From an uncultured bacterium (GTDB lineage Bacteria; Desulfobacterota; Binatia; HRBIN30; CADEER01), in the NCBI GenBank assembly GCA_902826395.1, contig CADEER010000007.1:7014-71013 (forward strand): a DNA stretch of 64,000 nucleotides, given 5' to 3'. Under the pieces are notes generated by a model. That model was given only the letters and a program-made list of their open reading frames with translations. It ran no database searches and was not told the DNA's origin. Position numbers and translations under genes: made by a program. Positions within the stretch are counted from its first letter, which is position 1; every line of letters begins with the position of its first letter. Of the stretch, positions 49,176 to 59,051 are shown in pieces.

Positions 49176-49535
49176 GTGGTCGAAAAAAGCCAAATAGATT
49201 CCAAAGATGCAGAGATCACCGAGGCGGGGGTCGAGAGCATGGCCCGCGACTTGGCGCAACGCATCAATTCAGCCCCAAGCGAGCGGAGGGAACAGCTACG
49301 CGAGATGGTCGTTCATCTGGTGCGTGACGAGGTGCAGATTGCGCCCGTCGCCGTGCAGCGCTCTTCTGGCTCCGGCGCTTCGTTTAACCCGTTCGCGATC
49401 GGTATTCCCTTGGGGCTCGCGGGGGCGGTTCTCAGCATTTTGTTCCCGCCGGTGGGTCTGATGGTGTTCGCAGCGGCGGCTCTGATGATGGCATGGGGGG
49501 TCCTCTCCGTTCTTCTCTCGCGCGGAGGTCGGTAA
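49176..49535 (+). CDS. Small membrane protein (two C-terminal TM helices), first ORF of the respiratory operon; start ambiguous (GTG 49176 or ATG 49239)
   Basis: Ends 4 nt before the Rieske gene. C-terminal hydrophobic FAIGIPLGLAGAVLSILFPPVGLMVFAAAALMMAWGVLSVLL. Confidence 0.45.
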   Translation: MVEKSQIDSKDAEITEAGVESMARDLAQRINSAPSERREQLREMVVHLVRDEVQIAPVAVQRSSGSGASFNPFAIGIPLGLAGAVLSILFPPVGLMVFAAAALMMAWGVLSVLLSRGGR

Positions 49536-49538
49536 GCG

Positions 49539-50123
49539 ATGGCAAAAGCAAAGAAGCTTTCTGCGGAAGAGCAGGCGGCTCTCGACAAAGTACGGGGGAT
49601 CGAGACGGGGCAGGTGGCGGGGGATCCGCCGCCGCGCGGCAGTCTGTGGTCCCGCCGCGATTTTCTCGGGCGCCTGAACTGGATGGGTTTCGGAGCGTTT
49701 TCGACGCTGTTTCTACTCGGCTTCGTGCGCTCCGCGTTCCCGCGCGTACTGTTCAAGCCGCCGACGACGTTCAAGGCCGGGTTTCCGGACGAATACACCG
49801 TGGGCGAGGTCAGCGAGCGCTTCAAAAAGGAGCAGCGGGTCTGGATCGTCCGCGAAACCGATGGATTCTACGCGCTGTTTGCCAAATGCACCCATCTCGG
49901 TTGCACGCCTCGCTGGCTCAAGGTCGAGGACAAGTTCAAGTGTCCGTGTCACGGCAGTGGATTCCGCAAGACGGGGATCAACTTCGAGGGCCCGGCGCCG
50001 CGTCCGCTCGAGCGCTATCGAATGACCCTCAACGAGGAGGGGCAGCTCGTCGTCGACATGGGCGTGACCTATCGCTACGAGAAGGGTGACTGGGACAAGC
50101 CCGGCGCGTTCCTGCGCGCCTGA
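49539..50123 (+). CDS. Rieske [2Fe-2S] iron-sulfur subunit of a cytochrome bc-type complex
   Basis: Tat motif SRRDFLGRL, box I CTHLGC, box II CPCHGS. Confidence 0.9.
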   Translation: MAKAKKLSAEEQAALDKVRGIETGQVAGDPPPRGSLWSRRDFLGRLNWMGFGAFSTLFLLGFVRSAFPRVLFKPPTTFKAGFPDEYTVGEVSERFKKEQRVWIVRETDGFYALFAKCTHLGCTPRWLKVEDKFKCPCHGSGFRKTGINFEGPAPRPLERYRMTLNEEGQLVVDMGVTYRYEKGDWDKPGAFLRA

Positions 50124-50147
50124 AGATCGGCTCCCGGGGGTGGTTCG

Positions 50148-50918
50148 ATGAGTAAATGGGAAGAGACGAAACGCCAGATCACCGAGTCGCAGGTCTGGCA
50201 ATCGATCTTTCGCCACGGCTACGACGACACGCCGGGTAATCGCGTGCAGATGGTTTCCGGCAACGTCTGGCTGCACCTGCACCCGTCCAAGGTTCGGCGT
50301 CATGCGATCCGCATGCGCTTCACCTGGTGCATGGGCGGCATCACGTTCCTGATGTTCCTGGTGACGGTCGTCACCGGCATCTATTTGATGTTCTACTACC
50401 GGCCGACCGCCGAGTACGCATACGCGGACATGAAGTACCTCGAGTTCGACATGCCGTTCGGGATGTTCATGCGCAACATGCACCGCTGGGCAGCGCACGG
50501 CATGGTGATCGCGGTTTGGCTGCATATGTTCCGCGTCTTTCTGACCGGTTCCTACAAGCCGCCGCGCGAGTTCAACTGGATGGTCGGCGTCATCCTTCTC
50601 GTACTGACGATGTTGCTCAGCTTCACCGGCTACTTGTTGCCGTGGGACCAGCTGTCGATCTGGGCGGTGACGGTGGGTTCGAACATGGCGCGCGCGACGC
50701 CGCTGCTCGGTTACGAGGGGCCGTTCGCCGACTGGACGGGGGCCAATCCGATCTACGATGCGCGCGCCTTTCTGTTCGGCGGCGGCGAGATCGGACCTCA
50801 TACCCTGCTCCGCTTCTACATCCTGCACTGCATCTTCATCCCGCTGGTCGCCAGCCTCTTCATGGCGGTGCATTTCTGGCGCATTCGCCGTGACGGCTTC
50901 TCCGGGCCTCCGGTCTGA
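50148..50918 (+). CDS. Cytochrome b, N-terminal (b6-like) subunit
   Basis: Four-helix di-heme core with conserved His pairs (…RNMHRWAAHGMVIAVWLHMFRVF…; …TFFLGFHILW…). Size and split are like cyt b6. Confidence 0.9.
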   Translation: MSKWEETKRQITESQVWQSIFRHGYDDTPGNRVQMVSGNVWLHLHPSKVRRHAIRMRFTWCMGGITFLMFLVTVVTGIYLMFYYRPTAEYAYADMKYLEFDMPFGMFMRNMHRWAAHGMVIAVWLHMFRVFLTGSYKPPREFNWMVGVILLVLTMLLSFTGYLLPWDQLSIWAVTVGSNMARATPLLGYEGPFADWTGANPIYDARAFLFGGGEIGPHTLLRFYILHCIFIPLVASLFMAVHFWRIRRDGFSGPPV

Positions 50919-50936
50919 CGGGCGGGGGGCTTCGCA

Positions 50937-51857
50937 ATGTCGCGAGAGCTGATCTGGGTTGCCGTCGTCTGTGTGGCGGCGGTGTTGACCAACTTCATTC
51001 CGGGTGGCCGTGTGCTGGTCCTGCCGGAGCTGTTCGTCGCGTTCATGATCTACTTGTATTGGCTGGCGAGGCCGAGCGCGGAGCTTGTCGCGGCAAAGGG
51101 TGAAGTCGCTGCGGTTGGGCCGGGCGACGACAAGGTGCACACCTGGCCGCATCTGGTGCGCAGCGAGTTTCTCTGTCTGATCTTCGTGACCCTGCTGCTG
51201 ATCGTCTGGTCGCTGTTGGTGGACGCGCCGCTCGAGGAGCCTGCCAACCCGACGCGGACGCCGAATCCCTCGAAGGCGCCGTGGTACTTCCTCGGCCTTC
51301 AGGAGATGCTGGTCTTTTTCGATCCGTGGCATGCCGGCGTGGTGCTGCCGACTTTCATTATTGTGGGTCTGATGGCGATCCCGTACATCGACATCAACCC
51401 GGCGGGCAACGGCTACTATGCATTTGAATCCCGGAAGTGGGAGATTCTCACCTTCTTCCTGGGCTTCCACATTCTCTGGATCTCGCTGATCATCATCGGC
51501 ACTTTCCTGCGCGGCCCTGGCTGGAACTGGTTTTGGCCATGGGAGGTTTGGGACGCGCACAAGGTCGAAGCGATGACCAACGTCAACCTGCATTACCTCT
51601 TCGGCATCCGGAGTGAGGCAGGCGCGATCATCTTCGGCGGCGTCGTCGTCCTCGGTTACTTCGTGATCGGAACCGTCGCGATGTACGTCGGCATCGTGCG
51701 CATGAAGGGTCAGGAATTCATGCAGCGTTGGGGTATGCCGCGGTTCATCCTGACGTCGTTTCTGTTCCTGAACATGATGTCGGTGGTCATCAAGATGGTG
51801 CTCCGGCATGCCGGTAACATCATGTACGTCTGGCAGACTCCCTGGATCAATTTCTGA
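50937..51857 (+). CDS. Cytochrome b C-terminal part / subunit-IV-like protein of the bc complex (extended, 306 aa)
   Basis: Qo-site PEWY-type motif (PSKAPWYFLGLQEM). Multiple TM helices. Confidence 0.85.
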   Translation: MSRELIWVAVVCVAAVLTNFIPGGRVLVLPELFVAFMIYLYWLARPSAELVAAKGEVAAVGPGDDKVHTWPHLVRSEFLCLIFVTLLLIVWSLLVDAPLEEPANPTRTPNPSKAPWYFLGLQEMLVFFDPWHAGVVLPTFIIVGLMAIPYIDINPAGNGYYAFESRKWEILTFFLGFHILWISLIIIGTFLRGPGWNWFWPWEVWDAHKVEAMTNVNLHYLFGIRSEAGAIIFGGVVVLGYFVIGTVAMYVGIVRMKGQEFMQRWGMPRFILTSFLFLNMMSVVIKMVLRHAGNIMYVWQTPWINF

Positions 51858-51891
51858 GGGAACGGCCGCCGGATATCGATGTTTCGAACGA

Positions 51892-52068
51892 ATGTTTTTT
51901 CTCGCCAAACTGATCCAGGCGCTCGGCATCGCGGACGTGGGATACGCGCTCTTCGTCGGGGTGACGCAGGAGAACGGGATGGGGCGCGAGCTGACTCTGA
52001 TGACGCTCGGATTCCTGATTTTCTATTTCGGGCGGTTCTTGGAGCGGCGAGCTTCGCCTCAGGGGTAG
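51892..52068 (+). CDS. Possible small hydrophobic protein (58 aa) between the cyt b genes and the multiheme cytochrome
   Basis: MFFLAKLIQALGIADVGYALFVGV… is hydrophobic. Ends 4 nt before the next start. Weak. Confidence 0.25.
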   Translation: MFFLAKLIQALGIADVGYALFVGVTQENGMGRELTLMTLGFLIFYFGRFLERRASPQG

Positions 52069-52072
52069 GCTG

Positions 52073-54835
52073 ATGTCGAAAGCCGACGAAGAAAAAAAAT
52101 CATACGCCGCGGTGTTTCTCCTCGCGGTGGCGCTGCTGCTGGCAACTGGCGTCTGGGTGGTCTGGGACGATCAGATCTCGCGTAGGCCATGGAAGCAGCA
52201 CCAGTTCGAGTTTTCACGGACGCAGATCGATCGCGCCGAGGCCGAAGTCGCCGCTGAACAGAAGCGCCTCGAAGAGTCGGAGGAGTACCAGAAGGTCGTC
52301 GCCGACCTCGATGCCGCCCGTGGCGAGATCGCGGCGGGCGAAGTCGGCCGCCAGCTCTCGGAGCTCGATGGCCGCGAGAACAGCGCGCGCGTCGCCTACG
52401 ACGAGGCCGAGTTCGCGCTGCGCATGAAAAAGAGCGAGATCGAGGAGGCGTGGTACGAGGTCGAGCACGCCCAGCTCACTCACCACGACGTCGAGGGCCC
52501 GAAGAAGCACCTCGCGCAGTTGGAAAAGGAGCGCGCCGAGATCGAGCAATCGGTATCGGACGCGTTAGCGAAGCTGAACCAGATCCTAAGTGAGAAAGAG
52601 GAGATCGGTTCGGTCGTCGCTACTCTGGAGAAGAAGAAACAAGGGTTCGAATCGGATCTCGAGCGCCTTCATCAGAAAGTGGAAGGGCTGGTCATTCCGG
52701 TGGGGCCCTTCAACTTCCCGAAGATCCCCAAGATTGAGCAGGTGGTTCTCGAGGAGTTCGATCGCAACGCCTACAACCAGCCGGTAGCGCGGGTGGACCG
52801 CTGCACCTCCTGCCACACTGCGATCAACAAGGACGGTTTCGAGGAAGAGCCGCATCCGTACAGGACGCACCCCAACCGCAAGCTCTTTCTGGGTACGCAT
52901 GCAGCAGAAAAGCTCGGCTGCACACCCTGCCATCAGGGACAGGGCGCGGCGGTCAATTCCGCGGAAGTGGCGCACGGTCGCGTCAAGTACTGGCTCGATC
53001 CAATGTACAAGGGCCACGAAGTGCAGGCGAGTTGCATCGGTTGCCATGCCAATGTGCGCCTCGAGGGAGCCGACAAGATTGCTCTAGGCGAGAGGCTGTT
53101 CGAGCAGGTCGGATGCGTCGGCTGCCATCTGGTCGACGGGTACGGCGAGATTCCCAAGGTGGGACCCTACCTGCGCCGCATCTCGGCGAAGGTCGACGCC
53201 GATTGGTTGGTTCGCTGGGTGAAGCAGCCGCACGAGTTTCGCCCGCGGACGAAGATGCCCAATTTCTACTTCGACCAGGCCGAGGCCGAAGCTGTGGCCG
53301 GATACATACTGAGTGCCTCCGAGAAGGAGAGCGCGGCCTGGCTCGATTCCCACGATACGCCGGTAGGAGTCGATACCAATGATGCGGCGTTGGTGGCGCG
53401 AGGCGAAGAGCTCGCCAACTCCCTCGGCTGCCGCGGTTGTCACGGTTTCGAAGCCGGCGAGTCGCCGGCTCTGCTCGGCGATGCGAAGGATGTGGCGCCG
53501 AACCTGAGCAACGTCGCGGAAAAGACCAATGCGCGTTGGATGTATCACTGGCTCAAGGACCCGCGTGGGTTCTCGCCCGACGCGCGCATGCCGAGCTTGC
53601 GGCTCAGCGAAGACGAGGCACGCGCATTGGTGTCCTATCTGCTGACGCTGGGCACGAAGCCGGGAGATGACTCGGCTACGCGCGCGAAGCTTCTCTCCGC
53701 CGACAACGTGGCACAGGGCGAGGCTCTCGTGCGCAAGTACGGCTGTGCGGGTTGTCATGACATCCCCGGCATGGAGACGGAGTCGCGCATCGGCGTCGAG
53801 TTGTCGGTCTTCGGATCGAAGCCGCTGGAAGAGCTCTTCTTCGGCAATCGGACCGACATTCCGCTCACGTGGCGCGACTGGACGTTCAACAAGATCAACG
53901 AACCGCGCATCTACGAGACGGATCGCATCGAGCAGGTGATGCCGCATTTCGGGCTCTCGGAGACCGACATCGACGCGATTCTGGTGTTCCTCGCCAGCCG
54001 CCAGGAGGCGAAGGTGCCGGAGACGTATCGGCCGGCCAGTCTCGAAAGGGAAAAGACGCTCGTGGCAGGACGGCGTGTAATCGAGCGCTACAACTGCGTC
54101 GGCTGCCACGTCATCGGCGGCCAGGGCGGCGCCATCCTGGCACGCTACGAAGAGAATCCGACCCTCGGTCCTCCAATCCTCAACGGCGAAGGTGCAAAGG
54201 TACAGGCGAACTGGCTCTTCGGATTCCTCAAGCAGCCGGTGCCGTTGCGACCGTGGTTGCAAGTGCGCATGCCCACCTTTGGGTTGAGCGATGACGAAAC
54301 GGCGACGCTGGTACGCTATTTCGCGGCCGAGGATCGCATCAGCCATCCCTTCGTTCATGTCGACCAGGCGCGCTTGTCGCCCGAGTTCGTTGCCGCCGGT
54401 GAGCTCCTCGCATCGGCCGACTACTTGTCTTGTTGGACCTGTCACCAGCAGGGCGACAAGAAGCCGGAAGGACCGCAAGAGGGATGGGCGCCCGATCTCG
54501 CCATGGCTCGCGATCGACTGAATCCTGATTGGATCGTGGAGTGGATCAAGGATCCGCAGGCCTTGATGCCGGGCACCAGGATGCCGTCGTTCTACGACTT
54601 CAGCGATGACGCGCGAGATGGACCCGAAGACGTGTTGAGCACCGATCTCGAGCAGGTTCAGGCGCTGAGAGATTATCTGCTGAGTTTACATGGCCCGGGA
54701 AGCGCGACGATGGCGGCAGACGAAGCGGAGGAGCCGGCGGCGGCGCCGCCGGGGGACGAGTCTTCCGGAGAGCCTTCCAACGACGCGGCGGCAGCTGGCG
54801 ACGTCGACGCGGCCGCTGCGCCGGTTGAAGGGTGA
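52073..54835 (+). CDS. Membrane-anchored octaheme c-type cytochrome (8 CxxCH) with a ~230-aa N-terminal coiled-coil region
   Basis: CTSCH, CTPCH, CIGCH, CVGCH, CRGCH, CAGCH, CVGCH, CWTCH. Several class-I-like domains with downstream (K/R)MP(S/N/T)F Met-ligand motifs. N-terminal TM helix AAVFLLAVALLLATGVWVVW. Acidic Ala/Glu/Pro tail. Confidence 0.85.
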   Translation: MSKADEEKKSYAAVFLLAVALLLATGVWVVWDDQISRRPWKQHQFEFSRTQIDRAEAEVAAEQKRLEESEEYQKVVADLDAARGEIAAGEVGRQLSELDGRENSARVAYDEAEFALRMKKSEIEEAWYEVEHAQLTHHDVEGPKKHLAQLEKERAEIEQSVSDALAKLNQILSEKEEIGSVVATLEKKKQGFESDLERLHQKVEGLVIPVGPFNFPKIPKIEQVVLEEFDRNAYNQPVARVDRCTSCHTAINKDGFEEEPHPYRTHPNRKLFLGTHAAEKLGCTPCHQGQGAAVNSAEVAHGRVKYWLDPMYKGHEVQASCIGCHANVRLEGADKIALGERLFEQVGCVGCHLVDGYGEIPKVGPYLRRISAKVDADWLVRWVKQPHEFRPRTKMPNFYFDQAEAEAVAGYILSASEKESAAWLDSHDTPVGVDTNDAALVARGEELANSLGCRGCHGFEAGESPALLGDAKDVAPNLSNVAEKTNARWMYHWLKDPRGFSPDARMPSLRLSEDEARALVSYLLTLGTKPGDDSATRAKLLSADNVAQGEALVRKYGCAGCHDIPGMETESRIGVELSVFGSKPLEELFFGNRTDIPLTWRDWTFNKINEPRIYETDRIEQVMPHFGLSETDIDAILVFLASRQEAKVPETYRPASLEREKTLVAGRRVIERYNCVGCHVIGGQGGAILARYEENPTLGPPILNGEGAKVQANWLFGFLKQPVPLRPWLQVRMPTFGLSDDETATLVRYFAAEDRISHPFVHVDQARLSPEFVAAGELLASADYLSCWTCHQQGDKKPEGPQEGWAPDLAMARDRLNPDWIVEWIKDPQALMPGTRMPSFYDFSDDARDGPEDVLSTDLEQVQALRDYLLSLHGPGSATMAADEAEEPAAAPPGDESSGEPSNDAAAAGDVDAAAAPVEG

Positions 54836-54881
54836 GCCGGCGCGTAGGCGCCGGCCGAAAACCGAAAAAGGAGGAAGTCAC

Positions 54882-55610
54882 ATGCTGAACAAGATCGATG
54901 GATTGGTTCGAACTGTCGGATTCGCCGCATGCGCGGGTCTGGTGGGGCTTTCGGCCGCCTCGGCCTACGAGGGTGGCGCGGTTACAGGTGGCGGAACGAT
55001 CAAGGGAATGGTCAAGTTCGCCGGTGCGGCACCGGAGCAAGCGACACTCGAGGTCAACAAGGACAAAGAGGTCTGCGCCGTCGGCGAGAAGAAGTCGAAG
55101 GAACTGGTGGTCGGGGCGGACGGCGGAATCAAGTACGCCGTGGTGTCGTTGACGAACATCACCAAAGGTAAGGCCTTCAATGGCAATGCCATCCTCGACC
55201 AAAAGGGCTGCGAATACCTGCCGCACGTGGTCATTGTCCCGAAGGGTTCGGAGCTGGAGATCAAGAATTCCGACGGGATCCTGCACAACATCCACACGTA
55301 CAGCGAGAAGAACAAGCCGGTGAACCGGGCGCAGCCCAAGTTCAAGAAGGTCATCAAGGAGAAGTTCACCGAAGGTGAGATGGTGAAGGTCACTTGTGAC
55401 GTGCACGGCTGGATGACCGGCTGGCTCGCAGTTGCCGAGCACCCGTACTACGCGGTGACCGACGAGACGGGCACGTTCCAGCTCACCGATGTGCCGGCCG
55501 GCGAGTACGAGATCAAGGTGTGGCAAGAGAAGCTCGGCGAGTCTACGCAGAAGGTCACCGTCCCCGCCGGGGGCGAGGCGGCGGTCACCTTCGAGCTCGC
55601 GGCCAAGTGA
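54882..55610 (+). CDS. Secreted cupredoxin (amicyanin-like type-1 copper site) fused to a C-terminal Ig/CarboxypepD_reg-like beta-sandwich
   Basis: RBS AAGGAGGAAG. Signal peptide. T1Cu ligands HNIH … C-DV-H-GW-M (C-x2-H-x2-M spacing as in amicyanin). C-terminus …DETGTFQLTDVPAGEYEIKVW…. Confidence 0.7.
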   Translation: MLNKIDGLVRTVGFAACAGLVGLSAASAYEGGAVTGGGTIKGMVKFAGAAPEQATLEVNKDKEVCAVGEKKSKELVVGADGGIKYAVVSLTNITKGKAFNGNAILDQKGCEYLPHVVIVPKGSELEIKNSDGILHNIHTYSEKNKPVNRAQPKFKKVIKEKFTEGEMVKVTCDVHGWMTGWLAVAEHPYYAVTDETGTFQLTDVPAGEYEIKVWQEKLGESTQKVTVPAGGEAAVTFELAAK

Positions 55611-55696
55611 GCGCGGCAGGCTGCTTGACGCGTGTGGCGCGGGTGGCATGCCACCCGCGCCATTCGAACGATTGAGGCGGAAAGGGGATCTAGAGG

Positions 55697-56353
55697 ATGT
55701 TGCCCTGGCTTCCGGAGAACATCTCCACCTACGGGGGGGAGATCGACTCCCTGTTCATGTTGATCTTCTGGATCACCACCATCGTCTTCGTCGCCGTGCA
55801 GGGGGCGCTGATCTGGTTCCTCTTCAAATACCGCGCGCAGCCGGGCCGCAGAGCGACGTACTCGCACGGTAACAACACGCTGGAGATCGCCTGGACCATC
55901 GCGCCGTCGATCATCCTCGTGGTGCTCGCGTTGCTGAGTCGGGCCACCTGGGACGAGATCAAAGCCGAGATTCCGCCGCACGATGTGACCGTTCGCGTGT
56001 ATGCGAAGCAGTTCAATTGGGATTTCATCTACCCCGGCCCGGACGGCGCGTTTGACACTGCCGACGACAAGACGATCGAGAACGAGCTCACCGTGCCGGT
56101 GAACAAGGTCGTCAAATTGGAGATGCTGTCGCGCGACGTGATCCACAGCCTTTTCGTACCGGTGCTCCGTTTCAAGCAAGACACGATGCCTGGCCGCCAG
56201 ATCGACGGCTGGTTCGAAGCCACCAAGACCGGAGAATACGAGATTCCCTGCGCCGAGCTTTGCGGCTTCGGACACTCCGGAATGTTGGGCCATCTGAAGG
56301 TTCTCTCCGACCAGGATTATGCGACCTGGGTCGGCGAGCAGTGGTCCAACTGA
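55697..56353 (+). CDS. coxB: Cytochrome c oxidase subunit II (CuA; no fused cytochrome c domain)
   Basis: CuA site HSLFVP…CAELCGFGHSGM. Two N-terminal TM helices. Confidence 0.9.
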   Translation: MLPWLPENISTYGGEIDSLFMLIFWITTIVFVAVQGALIWFLFKYRAQPGRRATYSHGNNTLEIAWTIAPSIILVVLALLSRATWDEIKAEIPPHDVTVRVYAKQFNWDFIYPGPDGAFDTADDKTIENELTVPVNKVVKLEMLSRDVIHSLFVPVLRFKQDTMPGRQIDGWFEATKTGEYEIPCAELCGFGHSGMLGHLKVLSDQDYATWVGEQWSN

Positions 56354-56380
56354 TCCGGATGGTAGGAGGAGACTAGGGCA

Positions 56381-58120
56381 ATGAGCGAAGCGGCCGTGGC
56401 GCACGGGCACGACGAGCACCATCAAGGGGGGTTCGTCAGCACGTATTTGTTCTCGATGGATCACAAGATGATCGGCAAGCAGTTCCTGCTGATGTCGCTG
56501 TTCATGATGATCATCGGCGGACTGTTGGCACTGATGGTGCGATGGCAGCTCGCCTATCCCGAGCAACCGGTGCCGGGCCTTGGGTGGGTGCCGGAGCCGT
56601 ATTTGTACGAGGGCATCATCCCGCCCGAAACGTACAACATGCTCTTCACCATGCATGCGACGATCATGATCTTCTTCGTCGTCATCCCGATTCTCGTCGG
56701 CGCCTTCGGGAACTTTCTGATTCCGCTAATGATCGGCACTCGTGACATGGCGTTCCCGGTGCTGAACATGCTGTCGTTCTGGATTGCGGCGTTCGCCGGC
56801 GTTTTGATGATCTCGAGCTTCTTCGTCGAAGGCGGCGCGGCGGCGGGCGGCTGGACGGCCTATGCGCCGCTCTCGGCGGCCGAAGTGTACACCGGCGTCG
56901 GTCTTGGGCAGGACCTATGGATCGTGTCGCTGGTCGTCCTGGGCATTTCGTCGATGATGGGGTCGATCAACTACATCACGACGGTAATCAACATGCGCGC
57001 GCCCGGCATGACGATGTTCCGGATGCCGCTCGTGATCTGGTCGCTGTTCATCACCGCGACGCTCCTCCTGCTCGCCCTTCCCGAGCTGACGGCCGCGATG
57101 GCCATGCTGCTCTTCGATCGGCGCTTTGGCACGTCGTTCTTCCTCCCCGAGACCGGTGGTGAGCCGATTCTCTGGCAGCACCTGTTCTGGTTCTTCGGGC
57201 ATCCCGAGGTGTACATCCTCATCCTGCCCGCGATGGGCGTTGCCTCCGAGATTCTCGCCGTATTCGCGCGCAAGCCGATCTTCGGTTATCGCGCGATGGC
57301 GGTGGCCATGATCGCGATCGCGTTCCTCGGATGGGTGGTGTGGGGGCACCATATGTTCCAGTCGGGTATGAACCCGACCATGGGCATGGCCTTCATGACT
57401 ACGACCATGGTCATTGCGGTGCCTTCGGCGATCAAGACCTTCAACTGGCTCGGAACGTTGTGGGGCGGCAGCATCACCTTCCAGACGCCGATGCTGCATG
57501 CACTGGCGTTCGTGTCGATGTTCGTGATCGGCGGCCTCAGCGGCATCTACATGGCCGCGACGCCGGTCGACATCTTCATTCACGACACCTATTTCATCGT
57601 CGGTCACATTCACTACGTGGTGTTCGGCGGCAGCGTCTTCGCGATCTTCGGCGCGGTGTCGTACTGGTTCCCGAAGATGTACGGGCGCATGATGAACGAG
57701 GCGCTCGGCAAGATTCATTTCTTCGGTACGCTCGTCTTCTTCAACCTGACCTTCTTCCCGATGCACATCATCGGCGTGGGCGGTCATATGCGCCGTATCT
57801 ACAACCCGCTGCAGTACGAGTTCCTGCAGCCGCTGCAGCACTGGAACGAGATCATGACGATCGGCGCCATCGGGCTCGGGCTCTTCCAGATCGTCTTCGC
57901 GGTGAACTTCTTCTGGAGCATGTTCGCCGGCGCCAAGGCGCCGCAGAATCCGTGGAATGCGAACACTCTGGAGTGGGAGGCGCCGACCCCGCCGCCGCAC
58001 GGCAACTTCATCGAGATCCCCACCGTGTACCGCGGTCCGTACGAGTACAGCGTGCCGGGTATGAAGGAAGACTGGTTGCCGCAGGCCCAGCCGGGCACCG
58101 GAGTCGGGGTGGCCCACTAG
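56381..58120 (+). CDS. coxA: Cytochrome c oxidase subunit I (heme-copper oxidase, A-type)
   Basis: GHPEVYILILPAMG, WGHHMF, HDTYFIVGHIHYV; 579 aa. Confidence 0.95.
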   Translation: MSEAAVAHGHDEHHQGGFVSTYLFSMDHKMIGKQFLLMSLFMMIIGGLLALMVRWQLAYPEQPVPGLGWVPEPYLYEGIIPPETYNMLFTMHATIMIFFVVIPILVGAFGNFLIPLMIGTRDMAFPVLNMLSFWIAAFAGVLMISSFFVEGGAAAGGWTAYAPLSAAEVYTGVGLGQDLWIVSLVVLGISSMMGSINYITTVINMRAPGMTMFRMPLVIWSLFITATLLLLALPELTAAMAMLLFDRRFGTSFFLPETGGEPILWQHLFWFFGHPEVYILILPAMGVASEILAVFARKPIFGYRAMAVAMIAIAFLGWVVWGHHMFQSGMNPTMGMAFMTTTMVIAVPSAIKTFNWLGTLWGGSITFQTPMLHALAFVSMFVIGGLSGIYMAATPVDIFIHDTYFIVGHIHYVVFGGSVFAIFGAVSYWFPKMYGRMMNEALGKIHFFGTLVFFNLTFFPMHIIGVGGHMRRIYNPLQYEFLQPLQHWNEIMTIGAIGLGLFQIVFAVNFFWSMFAGAKAPQNPWNANTLEWEAPTPPPHGNFIEIPTVYRGPYEYSVPGMKEDWLPQAQPGTGVGVAH

Positions 58121-58139
58121 GAAGTGGGACAAAGGCACG

Positions 58140-59051
58140 ATGAGCATGGCTCCCAACTCGGTCGCTACCGCTGCACGCTCCGAGACGCGACGCGTCGAAC
58201 TGAGTGTGTGGCTGGAGCTCACCAAGCCGCGGCTTGCGGCGATGGTGCTGGTGACGACGGCGGCGGGCTTCTATCTGGCCGCGCGCGGGCCGGTGGATTT
58301 CTGGCTGCTGGCTGCAACCCTGGTCGGTACCGGTCTGAGCGGCGCTGGTTCGTTGGTGTTGAACCAGTATCTCGAGCGCGACCTCGACGCGCGGATGGAA
58401 CGCACGGCGGCGCGACCGATTCCGAGCGGCCGCGTCGAGCCACAGGACGCGCTGCTCTTCGGTGCCATTTTGACTGCCGCCGGCCTCGGTATTCTGTCGT
58501 TGGCGGCGAACCCTCTAGCGGGCCTCGTGACGGCTGTCACAGTCGTCTTCTACCTGGCGCTCTATACGCCGATGAAGCGGTGGACGCCGCTCTGCGCAAT
58601 CGTTGGCGCAGTGCCCGGAGCACTGCCGCCGGTGACCGGTTGGGTGGCAGCGAGCGGGTCGTTCGATCCCGGTGCCTGGTCGATCTTCGGCATCATGTTC
58701 CTCTGGCAGCTGCCTCACTCGCTCGCAATCGCCAAACTTTACGAAGAAGACTATGCGCGCGGCGGGTTCAAGCTGCTGCCGGTCGTCGATCCCGACGGCC
58801 GCAGTACTGAACGCCAGATTCTCGTGCACAGCGCCGCGCTTCTCGTTGCTGGCTTGGTTCCGACAGTGATCGGCGTCGCCGGCGCGGCGTACTTTTGCGT
58901 GGCGTTGGTGCTAGGCACGGCGTTGTTGGCCTTCAGCGCGAACGCTGCGCTGCGTCCGTCGAAAGATGCAGTGCGACGGCTGCTGTTCGCCACCCTCGTG
59001 TACCTTCCGATTCTGCTGGGCGCGATGGCGCTCGACAAGGCCGTGTCATGA
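58140..59051 (+). CDS. ctaB: Protoheme IX farnesyltransferase (heme O synthase)
   Basis: UbiA-family motifs NQYLERDLDARMERTAARP, 9 TM helices, ~300 aa. Confidence 0.9.
   Translation: MSMAPNSVATAARSETRRVELSVWLELTKPRLAAMVLVTTAAGFYLAARGPVDFWLLAATLVGTGLSGAGSLVLNQYLERDLDARMERTAARPIPSGRVEPQDALLFGAILTAAGLGILSLAANPLAGLVTAVTVVFYLALYTPMKRWTPLCAIVGAVPGALPPVTGWVAASGSFDPGAWSIFGIMFLWQLPHSLAIAKLYEEDYARGGFKLLPVVDPDGRSTERQILVHSAALLVAGLVPTVIGVAGAAYFCVALVLGTALLAFSANAALRPSKDAVRRLLFATLVYLPILLGAMALDKAVS

Noticed and set aside
49713-51929. 738-aa minus-strand ORF across the Rieske and cytochrome b genes
   Set aside because: Antisense to genes with unmistakable Rieske and cytochrome b signatures.
53084-54478. 464-aa minus-strand ORF inside the octaheme cytochrome gene
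   Set aside because: Antisense; the + frame carries eight CxxCH motifs.
56915-58225. 436-aa minus-strand ORF inside coxA
   Set aside because: Antisense to the cytochrome oxidase subunit I gene.
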